A stretch of DNA of 64,000 nt, from the NCBI GenBank assembly GCA_012728785.1, contig JAAYEK010000151.1:3096-67095 (forward strand), read 5' to 3'. Of this stretch, positions 8,388-17,259 are shown in pieces. The stretch's first letter is position 1. Every line of letters begins with the position of its first letter. The stretch comes from Bacillota bacterium (GTDB lineage: Bacteria > Bacillota > UBA4882 > UBA8346). The notes beneath the pieces are model-generated. The model had not been told where the DNA came from. It saw nothing but the letters and a program-made list of their open reading frames with translations, and made no database searches. The position numbers and the translations under genes were made by a program.

Positions 8388-9806
8388 TTAGCGGTAGGGT
8401 TGGATCTGAATCTCTCCTTCGTTGTAAACTAAAACCGCATATTTAATCTCATCTTGAATCATGATAGTCGTCTTTCCCATCGTGACTCGGACACCGGGAA
8501 AAATAATATCTTTGACCTTAATTTTCCCTTTTTCTTTTGATTTGACAAAGATCTCCTCCATTAATTCCTGGCGGTTGGTTTCTGCCTCATTAATTTGCGC
8601 TTTTAAAGCGTATGACGTTTTAATCAAGTTTTGAAGCATTACTTTACGATCATCAGGTAGATTAGGCATTTTACTCAATAACGAAATCGCTTTTTCCGCT
8701 TTATCCAAACTGTCTCGATTCTGTTTGAGCTGTTCCTCAAGTTCTTGTGTTTTTAGTTTCAGTTTCGGCTTAACCCCAACCTCTAATTCGGTAAGAGTAC
8801 CTAACCTAGAACCAATACTTTTTGCTGATATCTCTTCTCCGGAACGAATCAAACCTCCTACGATCAGTCCTTTTCCTCCCTCACAAACTACTTTATCATC
8901 AGCATTAACCTGACAATGCATAATTGCTTCCCTAACTGTAATATTACCTTCACAATTGACGATAGCATGTTCAATATATTTTGCGGAAAAATCACCGCCA
9001 CAATTAATCTCTCCTTTATCCATTCCGGAAATTCCGCCTTTGATAAATAAGTTACCTCCAGCCTTAATATCCGCAGAATCCACATTCCCAAAAATAGTAA
9101 CATCACCTTCGGCCTCGATCTTGAAACCGCTTTCCACATTTCCTTGAATAATAACACTACCTAAAAAACTAACATTACCGGACTGAAAATTAACATCGCC
9201 TTTAATTTCATGTATTTCATGGACACTGACTTTATTATTGGCCAAGGTGGGCTCACCATTAATAGTCGAAACTATTGCCAAATTATCCTCGGTCCAGGCT
9301 ACATTTTTTCCCAGTTTTACTTGTTTATCTTTACCGGGCATCGCCTTGACTTCTTCTCCCTTAACATTACAACCTGGTTCTCCAGGAGTGGCCGGTATTT
9401 TTTCAGCAATCTTCTGTCCTATGGTGACATTTTGAAGGTTCTGGACTTGACGGTAATCAATCCGACCAAATTCGTCCTCAGCAAAAGCCTTTCGGAAAAC
9501 CCCCGTCTCAAAAAAATAATTAATCTCCGCATCTATTCCATTTACCGGAGCTCTTCCATTAGCAATGCGGGTTGGTTTTAACTGTTGTTTATTAACTGCT
9601 TCATTAAGGGCATCATTATCAACACCGTAAATAATATTTTCGGCGCTAATCACCCTTAGCGCATCTTCCTTAGATGGCCACTTTCCTTCACCAGTGGGAG
9701 GTTCAATAATCAGATAAGCTTCCATTAGATCATTGGAAACTTGTATTCTAAAAAAACCGTCCTTATCAGGTAGTTTATTTGTAGTAGTGGGATTAGAATC
9801 AATCAT
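8388..9806 (-). CDS. FapA-family (DUF342) flagellar assembly protein
   Basis: 472 aa. N-terminal FRIQVSNDLMEAYLII, central beta-helix-like repeats (GNV.F.G.V.I.G.V), and a C-terminal coiled coil; located directly after sigD. Confidence 0.8.
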   Translation of the reverse strand: MIDSNPTTTNKLPDKDGFFRIQVSNDLMEAYLIIEPPTGEGKWPSKEDALRVISAENIIYGVDNDALNEAVNKQQLKPTRIANGRAPVNGIDAEINYFFETGVFRKAFAEDEFGRIDYRQVQNLQNVTIGQKIAEKIPATPGEPGCNVKGEEVKAMPGKDKQVKLGKNVAWTEDNLAIVSTINGEPTLANNKVSVHEIHEIKGDVNFQSGNVSFLGSVIIQGNVESGFKIEAEGDVTIFGNVDSADIKAGGNLFIKGGISGMDKGEINCGGDFSAKYIEHAIVNCEGNITVREAIMHCQVNADDKVVCEGGKGLIVGGLIRSGEEISAKSIGSRLGTLTELEVGVKPKLKLKTQELEEQLKQNRDSLDKAEKAISLLSKMPNLPDDRKVMLQNLIKTSYALKAQINEAETNRQELMEEIFVKSKEKGKIKVKDIIFPGVRVTMGKTTIMIQDEIKYAVLVYNEGEIQIQPYR

Positions 9807-9808
9807 CC

Positions 9809-10603
9809 TTACACCTCCGCAGTGGATTTACGCCAACGACTTAAACGACCGCGTAATCTAAAAATAGCTTTAGTATGTATCTGTGAAACACGAGACTCAG
9901 AAATTTCCATAATCTCGCCGATCTCTTTCAGAGTCAATCCTTCATAATAGTATAATGCAATTACCATCCTCTCCCTTTCGGGTAGACTTTCTATAGCATT
10001 GGCCAAAGTTGTTTTAACTTCTTCAATTTCAACTTGATGTAAGGGATCTTCACTGTCATTATTTTTTACCAGATCCAATACCCGGACTGAATCATCATCA
10101 TTTGAATGCACCATCCATAATTCATCAAGGGAACTTAAAGTAGTACAACTTACTTCGGATAATAACTGATAAAAATCTTGAATACTGATATTCATAACTT
10201 CGCTAATTTCTTGGTCCGTAGCAGAACGGCCTAAACGGTTCTCAAGTTCCGCGCAAGCCCTTTCCAATTCACGAGCTTTTTGACGCACCGAACGCGGAAC
10301 CCAGTCGTTACTTCGCAACCCATCAAGAATAGCTCCCCGAATTCTGGCGATAGCATAAGTCTCGAACTTTATGCCCCGGGAAAGGTCGTATTTTTCAATC
10401 GCATCCATCAACCCAAATACTCCGAAACTAACTAAATCATCGAATTCAACGTTAGACGGTAGGCCAATCGCAACTCTACCTGCAACATACTTTACCAATG
10501 GAGCATATTTTAAGATAATTGTTTCTCTGGTGGCCGGTGATTTAGAAATCAAATAACTTTGCCATAAAGCTTCATCGTTTTGAGCCGTTTTATCAACTGA
10601 CAT
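9809..10603 (-). CDS. fliA: Flagellar sigma-28 factor FliA/SigD
   Basis: 264 aa sigma-70 family protein lacking region 1. C-terminal LTLKEIGEIMEISESRVSQIHTKA; sits at the end of the che genes. Confidence 0.9.
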   Translation of the reverse strand: MSVDKTAQNDEALWQSYLISKSPATRETIILKYAPLVKYVAGRVAIGLPSNVEFDDLVSFGVFGLMDAIEKYDLSRGIKFETYAIARIRGAILDGLRSNDWVPRSVRQKARELERACAELENRLGRSATDQEISEVMNISIQDFYQLLSEVSCTTLSSLDELWMVHSNDDDSVRVLDLVKNNDSEDPLHQVEIEEVKTTLANAIESLPERERMVIALYYYEGLTLKEIGEIMEISESRVSQIHTKAIFRLRGRLSRWRKSTAEV

Positions 10604-10663
10604 AGCTACCCTCCTTACTCTGATAATCCCGAACCTTCCAGCATTCAGTAGATTTTTATCAAT

Positions 10664-11149
10664 TTAAGACAACGTTACCGTTCCATTTATCGTTCTAACT
10701 TGAATCGTTCCGCTCTCCAAATCCATTGTAACACTTTTTCCGGTATTGCTACCTACACAACGACCGGAAACTTTTAAACCCATTTTTTTACAAGACTCTT
10801 CAATCGCCTGTAAATTACGCTCGCCAATTTTCAGACGTTCATTCTTGATCTCATTGGCAAACATTTCAGCGCCTCCAACCAGTTTGACATCTAAGCGTTC
10901 AAACTTGGCGCCGGCTTTCGTCATCTCCTCTAGTAAAAAAGGAAGAGCAGTATCGCCAAATTTAGCCCGGTTTTGATTATCGGTAGCCATCGAACTTGAT
11001 GGGAGCATCACATGAACAATCCCCCCAACTTTGACTTCCGGATCATAAACACAAATAGCTATACAAGAACCAAGTCCTAATGCAGCAATTTTTTTAGGCG
11101 CTCTTGCAATTTTTAACTCAGCCATTCCGACCTTTACTACTTCTTCCAT
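10664..11149 (-). CDS. cheD: Chemoreceptor glutamine deamidase CheD
   Basis: 161 aa with the GLGSCIAICVYD catalytic Cys context. Confidence 0.9.
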   Translation of the reverse strand: MEEVVKVGMAELKIARAPKKIAALGLGSCIAICVYDPEVKVGGIVHVMLPSSSMATDNQNRAKFGDTALPFLLEEMTKAGAKFERLDVKLVGGAEMFANEIKNERLKIGERNLQAIEESCKKMGLKVSGRCVGSNTGKSVTMDLESGTIQVRTINGTVTLS

Positions 11150-11763
11150 TCAACTTCTACTCCAAGAGCGTCTAGTAATACATCCAACGCACCGGGGTCG
11201 GGGACTAAGAAGAAATGGCCGTTGATCTTTCTTTGAGTAAGACTAAATTGCGTCTGAATAAATAAGGCATAGTCGCCGATAATCCCGAACTCCAATAAAG
11301 CTGTATTTAAAATTGCGCCTACCATGTCATTAGCTAAAATTGGGACCGATGATAATACATTATAGCCGGTTAGCTTAGTTAAAGCATAAAGATAAGCGCC
11401 GGTCATAATATTACCTATTTCTTGAAGAGCTGACTTTTCATAGTCGTTTAGTGTCTGTGATTCATTATTATTACCGGTTAACATTCCCGCTAAGGTTAAC
11501 GCTTCTTCTTCGGCGAAAACAAAAATAATTTTGCCGGGGACATCGCCGAACATTCTCATATAGACCCCAACAACTTCTTGTTCGGCGCCACCGAGGATTT
11601 CACTTACTTCTGATAAAGAGACCACCGAAACATTGGGGACTGTCATAGCAATCGGTTCCGATATTAATTGGGATAATGCCGTAGCCGCATGGCCGGCGCC
11701 GATATTTCCAATCTCCTTTAGGACATCTAATTGAAAATTATTAAGATCTCCTATTTTACTCAT
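11137..11763 (-). CDS. cheC: CheY-P phosphatase CheC
   Basis: 208 aa with two CheC repeats (LKEIGNIGAGHAATALS and LQEIGNIMTGAY). Confidence 0.85.
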   Translation of the reverse strand: MSKIGDLNNFQLDVLKEIGNIGAGHAATALSQLISEPIAMTVPNVSVVSLSEVSEILGGAEQEVVGVYMRMFGDVPGKIIFVFAEEEALTLAGMLTGNNNESQTLNDYEKSALQEIGNIMTGAYLYALTKLTGYNVLSSVPILANDMVGAILNTALLEFGIIGDYALFIQTQFSLTQRKINGHFFLVPDPGALDVLLDALGVEVEWKK

Positions 11764-12259
11764 CTTGATCCTCCACTTTTATGGCATCAAGTTCTTTGAT
11801 CTCTTCGGGCGATAAAGCCCGTTCCAGATTGAGCATAATAATTAAACGTTCGTTAATTTTAGCAACGCCGCTTAAGAAGTAAGCATCAACACCTTTAGTG
11901 ATTGGGGGCGCAGTTTCAATGGCCGATACGTTAATCCGGGTGACTTCTACAACAGAGTCAACTACCATCCCAACTTGGCCATCATCAATGTCGACAATAA
12001 TGATCCGCGCCTCATTACTGGTTTGACGGACCACTAATCCGAAACGTTTCCGCAAATCGACAATGGGAATAATATCACCCCGAAGATTAATTACTCCTTC
12101 TACAAAAGCCGGGGATTTGGGGACTCTAGTCACTTGTTGGTCAAGTTTTTCGATTTCCCGAACTTGTAAGATATCGACCCCGAATTCTTCATCACCTAGT
12201 TTGAAAATTACCAACTGTTTACTTTCTTCAACAGTTTCAACTTTATCTTTGAGAGACAT
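11756..12259 (-). CDS. cheW: Chemotaxis coupling protein CheW
   Basis: 167 aa CheW fold (FGVDILQVREI..., INLRGDIIPIVDLR). Confidence 0.9.
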   Translation of the reverse strand: MSLKDKVETVEESKQLVIFKLGDEEFGVDILQVREIEKLDQQVTRVPKSPAFVEGVINLRGDIIPIVDLRKRFGLVVRQTSNEARIIIVDIDDGQVGMVVDSVVEVTRINVSAIETAPPITKGVDAYFLSGVAKINERLIIMLNLERALSPEEIKELDAIKVEDQDE

Positions 12260-12357
12260 CCGCTTGTCCTCCTTAGCAAAGTATGAAGTGTGAAGTTTGA
12301 AGTTAAAACTTACACTTCCGAGTTTAATATCAATAAATTTTTGATCTAATCGGCAAA

Positions 12358-14310
12358 CTATGCGGCAACGGCTCTAAGATCCAAAATTAGTGCGACACGC
12401 CCATCACCAAGGATAGTCGCGCCGGATATTCCCTTAATAGATCCCAGATAACTGCCTAAAGATTTAATAACTACATCTTGTTGGCGTAATAGACTATCGA
12501 CGATACATCCGATTAATCGGTCTCCGATTCTTAACACTACAACATCCAAATCATCAATCTCGGGATTCTTAGCGCCGGGTGTATCTAGTAGGTCTTGGAG
12601 CCTAACTAAAGGTACTACTTCACCCCGAAGCATAAAAACTTCCTGTTGTCGAATATGCTTAATCTCATCCCTATTTAAACTGGTAATTTGTTCAATATAA
12701 CTTGAAGGAATAGCATATATCTCATTACCCAATTGGATTACCAGAGTTTGAATAATTGCCAAGGTGAGTGGCAATCGAATCGAAATAGTCGAACCCTCAC
12801 CTTCAGTTGAAGCAATACTAACGACACCTCCAAGGGTATTTACTTTATTGCGAACTACATCCATCCCTACTCCCCGTCCGGAAACATCAGAAACTTTGTC
12901 AGCAGTTGAAAAACCGGGAAGAAAGGTTAATTCCAAAATTTGTTCCGGACGCATTTCGGCCAAAGCTTCCGGAGTTACTACTCCGTTTCGAACGGCTTTA
13001 TCCTTCACTTTTTGAAGATTGAAGCCTTTTCCATTATCACTTACAGTAATAATGACGCTATTGCCTTCCTGCCGAGCGCTTAAAATAACTTTTCCTTGTC
13101 TGGATTTGCCTGTCCGTTCCCGTTCCTCAGGAGATTCCAGACCATGATCAATAGAGTTTCGGATAATATGTACCAACGGGTCACCGATTTCATCGATGAC
13201 TGTTCGATCTAATTCCGTTTCAGCACCGTTAATCTCCAATTCAATCTCTTTATTTAATTCTTTAGCCAAATCCCTTACCAACCTTGGAAAACGAGAGAAA
13301 ACCGTTTCCACCGGAATCATTCTGGATTTCATTACGCTGTCTCTCAAGTCGAGGGTCAATCTACCGACTTGTTCAATGACTTCATCAAGGTCTCGGGAAT
13401 TTACGTTGACGCCGATTGATTCCAAACGAGACCTGCTAATAACCAACTCGCCAACGAGATTCATTAAATCGTCAAGCTTTTTAATTTCAACTCGTACCGT
13501 TTGGGTATTAATCTTTTTCTCGACATGATCAACCGCGGATTCTTGTCTCTTTTCAGCCTGAAGTTGATTGAGAGCCGGTTCGTCAACGACTACTTTTTCA
13601 ACATCCATTATATTGGTAATATTCTTAATAAATTCTTCGGGATAACTTGTTGATAACACCCCTACTACGAATCGGGTGTCAAAATTTTCATCCTCCAAAT
13701 CTTTTACTGCCGGTACGCTCCGGATAACTGTTCCCAGTTTTTCCATCTCACGTAAGACCATAAAAACACGGGCGCCTTTTAGTAGGCAATCCTCTACTAA
13801 TGTTACATCAATATGATAAATTTTGGCGCCGCTGGACGTAGCGGAAGTAATCTGTTCTATTTCAGTTTCTAAATAACGCAGGATTAAATTTTGACGTTGT
13901 TCGGTTTTGACAGGCTCCATACCACCGGAAATAAAACGGTGTAAATCTTGGACTGTCCCAGAAATCTCAATATCTTCTTCTTTACCTTCACTAATGGTAG
14001 TAGTTAAGATTTCAAGAGAATCCACCGCTTCAAATAGACAATTCATCAGTTCGGAAGAGACCGTAAGTTCTTTACTGCGTAACTTACCGAGAACATCTTC
14101 CAGGGCATGGGTTAGATTTGCCATCTTATTAAAACCCATTGTCGCCGAAGCCCCTTTAAGAGTATGGGCGGCACGAAAAATCTTGTCTAAAATAGGTACG
14201 TTCTCCGGATCATGCTCCAGTTCTAGCAAAGATTGGTTCAAGGTAAGAAGATGTTCTTGACATTCATCCATAAATACGCTAAGATACTGGGATGTTTCCA
14301 AACTGCTCAC
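12358..14310 (-). CDS. cheA: Chemotaxis histidine kinase CheA
   Basis: 650 aa. Hpt H-box AAHTLKGASATMG, kinase boxes DNGKGF and GRGVGMDVV, and a C-terminal CheW-like domain. Confidence 0.95.
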   Translation of the reverse strand: MSSLETSQYLSVFMDECQEHLLTLNQSLLELEHDPENVPILDKIFRAAHTLKGASATMGFNKMANLTHALEDVLGKLRSKELTVSSELMNCLFEAVDSLEILTTTISEGKEEDIEISGTVQDLHRFISGGMEPVKTEQRQNLILRYLETEIEQITSATSSGAKIYHIDVTLVEDCLLKGARVFMVLREMEKLGTVIRSVPAVKDLEDENFDTRFVVGVLSTSYPEEFIKNITNIMDVEKVVVDEPALNQLQAEKRQESAVDHVEKKINTQTVRVEIKKLDDLMNLVGELVISRSRLESIGVNVNSRDLDEVIEQVGRLTLDLRDSVMKSRMIPVETVFSRFPRLVRDLAKELNKEIELEINGAETELDRTVIDEIGDPLVHIIRNSIDHGLESPEERERTGKSRQGKVILSARQEGNSVIITVSDNGKGFNLQKVKDKAVRNGVVTPEALAEMRPEQILELTFLPGFSTADKVSDVSGRGVGMDVVRNKVNTLGGVVSIASTEGEGSTISIRLPLTLAIIQTLVIQLGNEIYAIPSSYIEQITSLNRDEIKHIRQQEVFMLRGEVVPLVRLQDLLDTPGAKNPEIDDLDVVVLRIGDRLIGCIVDSLLRQQDVVIKSLGSYLGSIKGISGATILGDGRVALILDLRAVAA

Positions 14311-14320
14311 CTCCCAAGGT

Positions 14321-14983
14321 TTAAATTAGACCTTTTAAGCGTAATTCCTGCTGTTTATAGATAAATTTAAGGATCTTTTGTTTTTTATTCTCAGCAATGT
14401 CATTAAATCTAAAAGACGTCCAATATAACGTTCTCGGTCCCAAGTCTAGGTTAGGATCTGGTTCCGATCTAACAACTTCAGCTTCTATATAAATCTCCTC
14501 AAATTCCTCATCCGAAGGTAAAATGATTACCATTTGATATTTATCACCAATTTTAAAATGTTCATCGGTTTCAATTTTGATGCCGCCAGCGCTTAAATCC
14601 ACCGAATTCATAGTACAGGCAGCCACTGGAACACCATCACGGTAAAAATATAATACTTCCACCGGAACGTTAACCGTAATTCGAAAATCGGCGCGCCGCT
14701 GTTTACGTTTGATCAAATGAGGAATGTATATTGTTAGATAACCAAAATCACGGGTTGGCGAAGAAATAACCCTGGTTTGAAACTCATACATCGCATCTTT
14801 TTTAAAAACGCAAATATTAAGCAGATCATTTTTTTGGATCGGGATTAAACCCTGATCATTTCGGGGCGCCGTTATTAATAACGCGTTATCTTCACTATTG
14901 ATAACTTTACTATCATAAACACCCTGGTATTTACCGGATGCTATTTCAATTTGAAGATAATCTTCATTTTGGAATATTTTCAT
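14321..14983 (-). CDS. YcgR/MotI-like PilZ-domain flagellar brake protein
   Basis: 220 aa. c-di-GMP motifs RRADFR (RxxxR) and DLSAGG (DxSxxG) preceded by a YcgR-N-like domain. Overlaps the flhG end by 20 nt. Confidence 0.8.
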   Translation of the reverse strand: MKIFQNEDYLQIEIASGKYQGVYDSKVINSEDNALLITAPRNDQGLIPIQKNDLLNICVFKKDAMYEFQTRVISSPTRDFGYLTIYIPHLIKRKQRRADFRITVNVPVEVLYFYRDGVPVAACTMNSVDLSAGGIKIETDEHFKIGDKYQMVIILPSDEEFEEIYIEAEVVRSEPDPNLDLGPRTLYWTSFRFNDIAENKKQKILKFIYKQQELRLKGLI

Positions 14984-15854
14984 TGGTCTGATCCACCTGT
15001 TTAAATACTCCTAGTAATCGTTCGAAAAAGGATAAAGGGCCGGTAGTAATTGGAACATCGCCACTGATAAGCTGGTTAGCCATTTCCATAACACTCTGAG
15101 CAACCGCTGAACGCGGATGGCTAAGTACAAAAGGTTGTTGTTGTTTTACCGCTTTAGGAACAACCGTATCCGATGGGATAAACCCCAATCTTACCAAGTC
15201 CATTCCTAAAAAACGCTGGGTCACTGCTGACAAACGTTCCATCACCTCTCCGGCTTCTTTTTCGTTTTTAACCATATTTACAACTACCCGGATGGGAAGT
15301 TCCCGTTTGGTACCGGCGATAACTTTGATGATTCCATAAGCATCAGTGATGGCGGTTGGCTCCGGTGTAGTGATAATAATAACTTCTCCGGCAGCTAAAA
15401 CAAATTTTAAAACACTTTTTGATAAGCCTGCGCCGGTATCGATTAAAATAATATCGGTGGTTTTTTCAAGCTCATTTAGATGTTCCAAACACTGGGTCAA
15501 TTTTTTCTCACCCAGATTGGCCAATTTGTATAAACCTGAACCACCAGGAATTATCTTAATTCCCTCAGGCCCATTTATTAATATATCGGCAATTTTCTTT
15601 TCCCCCAATAGAACATGTCCCAGATTAAATTTGGGAATCATTCCTAACATCACGTCAACATTGGCTAAACCCAAATCAGCATCGACCAATAAAACTTTTT
15701 GGCCCATTTTGGAAAGAGTTATTCCTAGGTTAACTGCAAAACTAGTTTTGCCGACGCCCCCTTTACCACTGGTAATTGTAATAACTCTAGCCGGATTAAC
15801 ATTGGTCATATTTTCTTTAACAATCGCCCTTAATCGTTCCGCTTGGTCCGCCAT
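14964..15854 (-). CDS. flhG: MinD-type ATPase FlhG (YlxH)
   Basis: 296 aa with a deviant Walker A TSGKGGVGKTS; follows flhF. Confidence 0.85.
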   Translation of the reverse strand: MADQAERLRAIVKENMTNVNPARVITITSGKGGVGKTSFAVNLGITLSKMGQKVLLVDADLGLANVDVMLGMIPKFNLGHVLLGEKKIADILINGPEGIKIIPGGSGLYKLANLGEKKLTQCLEHLNELEKTTDIILIDTGAGLSKSVLKFVLAAGEVIIITTPEPTAITDAYGIIKVIAGTKRELPIRVVVNMVKNEKEAGEVMERLSAVTQRFLGMDLVRLGFIPSDTVVPKAVKQQQPFVLSHPRSAVAQSVMEMANQLISGDVPITTGPLSFFERLLGVFKQVDQTNENIPK

Positions 15855-15888
15855 CCAACGACTCCTTAATTAAAAGTATCAAACATCC

Positions 15889-17259
15889 TCAACTTGAAGC
15901 GGTAGTTCGATAATAAGAGCTACCCTTAAACAACTGAGTAATCAATTTATTCGGTTTAGCGACTTCGATATCATCCGGAACATTCTGCCCATTAGTGAAA
16001 TATGAGATTGGACGTTTGGCATTCATAGCCAAACTGACGATGGGCCCTAATGAATTGGTCTCGTCCAATTTGGTAAAAACCAGATGGGTAAAGGCGATTT
16101 TTGAAAAGCTCTCAGCTATGGTCAACATATCTTGATGTTTAGTAGTGGCGCTGATTACTAACAAAATCACACCGATCCGCGAATTGGATAAAAATCGCTG
16201 TAATTCGTCCATCATTGCTTGATTATGAGGACTTCTTCCGGCGGTATCAATTAAAATCAAGTCACAATCCTTTAAATTAGCGATGGATTGGTTCAAATCC
16301 GAAGGAGTATAGACAACTTCCACCGGTAAGTTAATGATATCGCCGTAAGTTTTTAAATGTTCCACGGCTGCGATACGATAAGTATCGATCGTTATTAATC
16401 CTACCTTTTTTCCTTCAAATAAATTATAGTTCGCGGCAAGTTTGGCAATGGTAGTGGTTTTTCCAACCCCGGTGGGGCCGATTAATGCTACTATCTGCTG
16501 TTCGCCTGCTTGTTCCGGCAAAATCGGTTCGGAAAACATTAATTTAGTAGCTAAAATCTGTTGACAATAGATTAAAATTTCTTCTTGGGCATTATTCTCA
16601 AATAGATTGGCTGGGATTTGCAATATCAAATATTCAATAATATCGCCTTCCATTCCTAAACTTTGCAGATGTTGCCGGAGCCACTCGGTATTACCGGTGC
16701 GCTCCGTTTGAGGAATGGATACTCCTACCGGTAACGAATTAGGCTTTGAAGCCACTTGCCGAATTAATTCTTTCATTTCAACAATCTCGTCCCGCAAAGA
16801 TTTTAAACCGGTTTCCGTGGTCACCCCCGCTTCCTTTAATCCTGCAAAAAATGAGTTATCATCAAACACTAAGGCTGGAACCGGTTCTTTTGGCCCCGGA
16901 ACTGATTCCGGAACAGGCGTTGTAATGGGTGTTACAACAGGTTGAACCTGAGTTTGAAGAAGGGTCGGATTTGAGCCCTGCACGTCTATAGCCGCTGGTC
17001 TGGAAGGAGAAACCGGCCTTGTTTCAACAGGAGAGGACGGTTGCGGTTTAACCTCCGTTTTTTTGGAAACCCCTGAATTATCAGTGATTGTTTCATCGAC
17101 TGCAGCGATCACTTCAAAACGGCGTCGACAGAAGAAACCCAAAAAACCTCCTTCTTTGAAAGGCTTGGTATGTAAGATAATCGCGTTTCGCCCTAAATCG
17201 TTTTTGACACGGGTGATCGCTTCTTGAATCGAATCCGCCACATAACGTTTTACTCTCAT
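15889..17259 (-). CDS. flhF: SRP-type GTPase FlhF
   Basis: 456 aa. Pro-rich linker then the GTPase motifs GPTGVGKTTT and DTAGR. Confidence 0.9.
   Translation of the reverse strand: MRVKRYVADSIQEAITRVKNDLGRNAIILHTKPFKEGGFLGFFCRRRFEVIAAVDETITDNSGVSKKTEVKPQPSSPVETRPVSPSRPAAIDVQGSNPTLLQTQVQPVVTPITTPVPESVPGPKEPVPALVFDDNSFFAGLKEAGVTTETGLKSLRDEIVEMKELIRQVASKPNSLPVGVSIPQTERTGNTEWLRQHLQSLGMEGDIIEYLILQIPANLFENNAQEEILIYCQQILATKLMFSEPILPEQAGEQQIVALIGPTGVGKTTTIAKLAANYNLFEGKKVGLITIDTYRIAAVEHLKTYGDIINLPVEVVYTPSDLNQSIANLKDCDLILIDTAGRSPHNQAMMDELQRFLSNSRIGVILLVISATTKHQDMLTIAESFSKIAFTHLVFTKLDETNSLGPIVSLAMNAKRPISYFTNGQNVPDDIEVAKPNKLITQLFKGSSYYRTTASS

Noticed and set aside
8888-9157. Same-strand alternative-frame ORFs inside larger genes (8888-9157, 19437-19652, 33386-33655, 50391-50585, 55361-55591, 59065-59292, 59300-59518, 63467-63649, 44905-45096)
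   Set aside because: Each is fully nested in a gene whose main frame has clear family signatures. There is no independent evidence for overlapping coding.
15346-15873. Long antisense ORFs opposite well-supported genes (for example 15346-15873, 29791-30426, 37390-37956, 27744-28166, 48886-49443, 54837-55250)
   Set aside because: These are shadow ORFs on the strand opposite strongly conserved flagellar or housekeeping genes. They show Ser/Pro/Ile-rich compositions typical of antisense frames and have no RBS.
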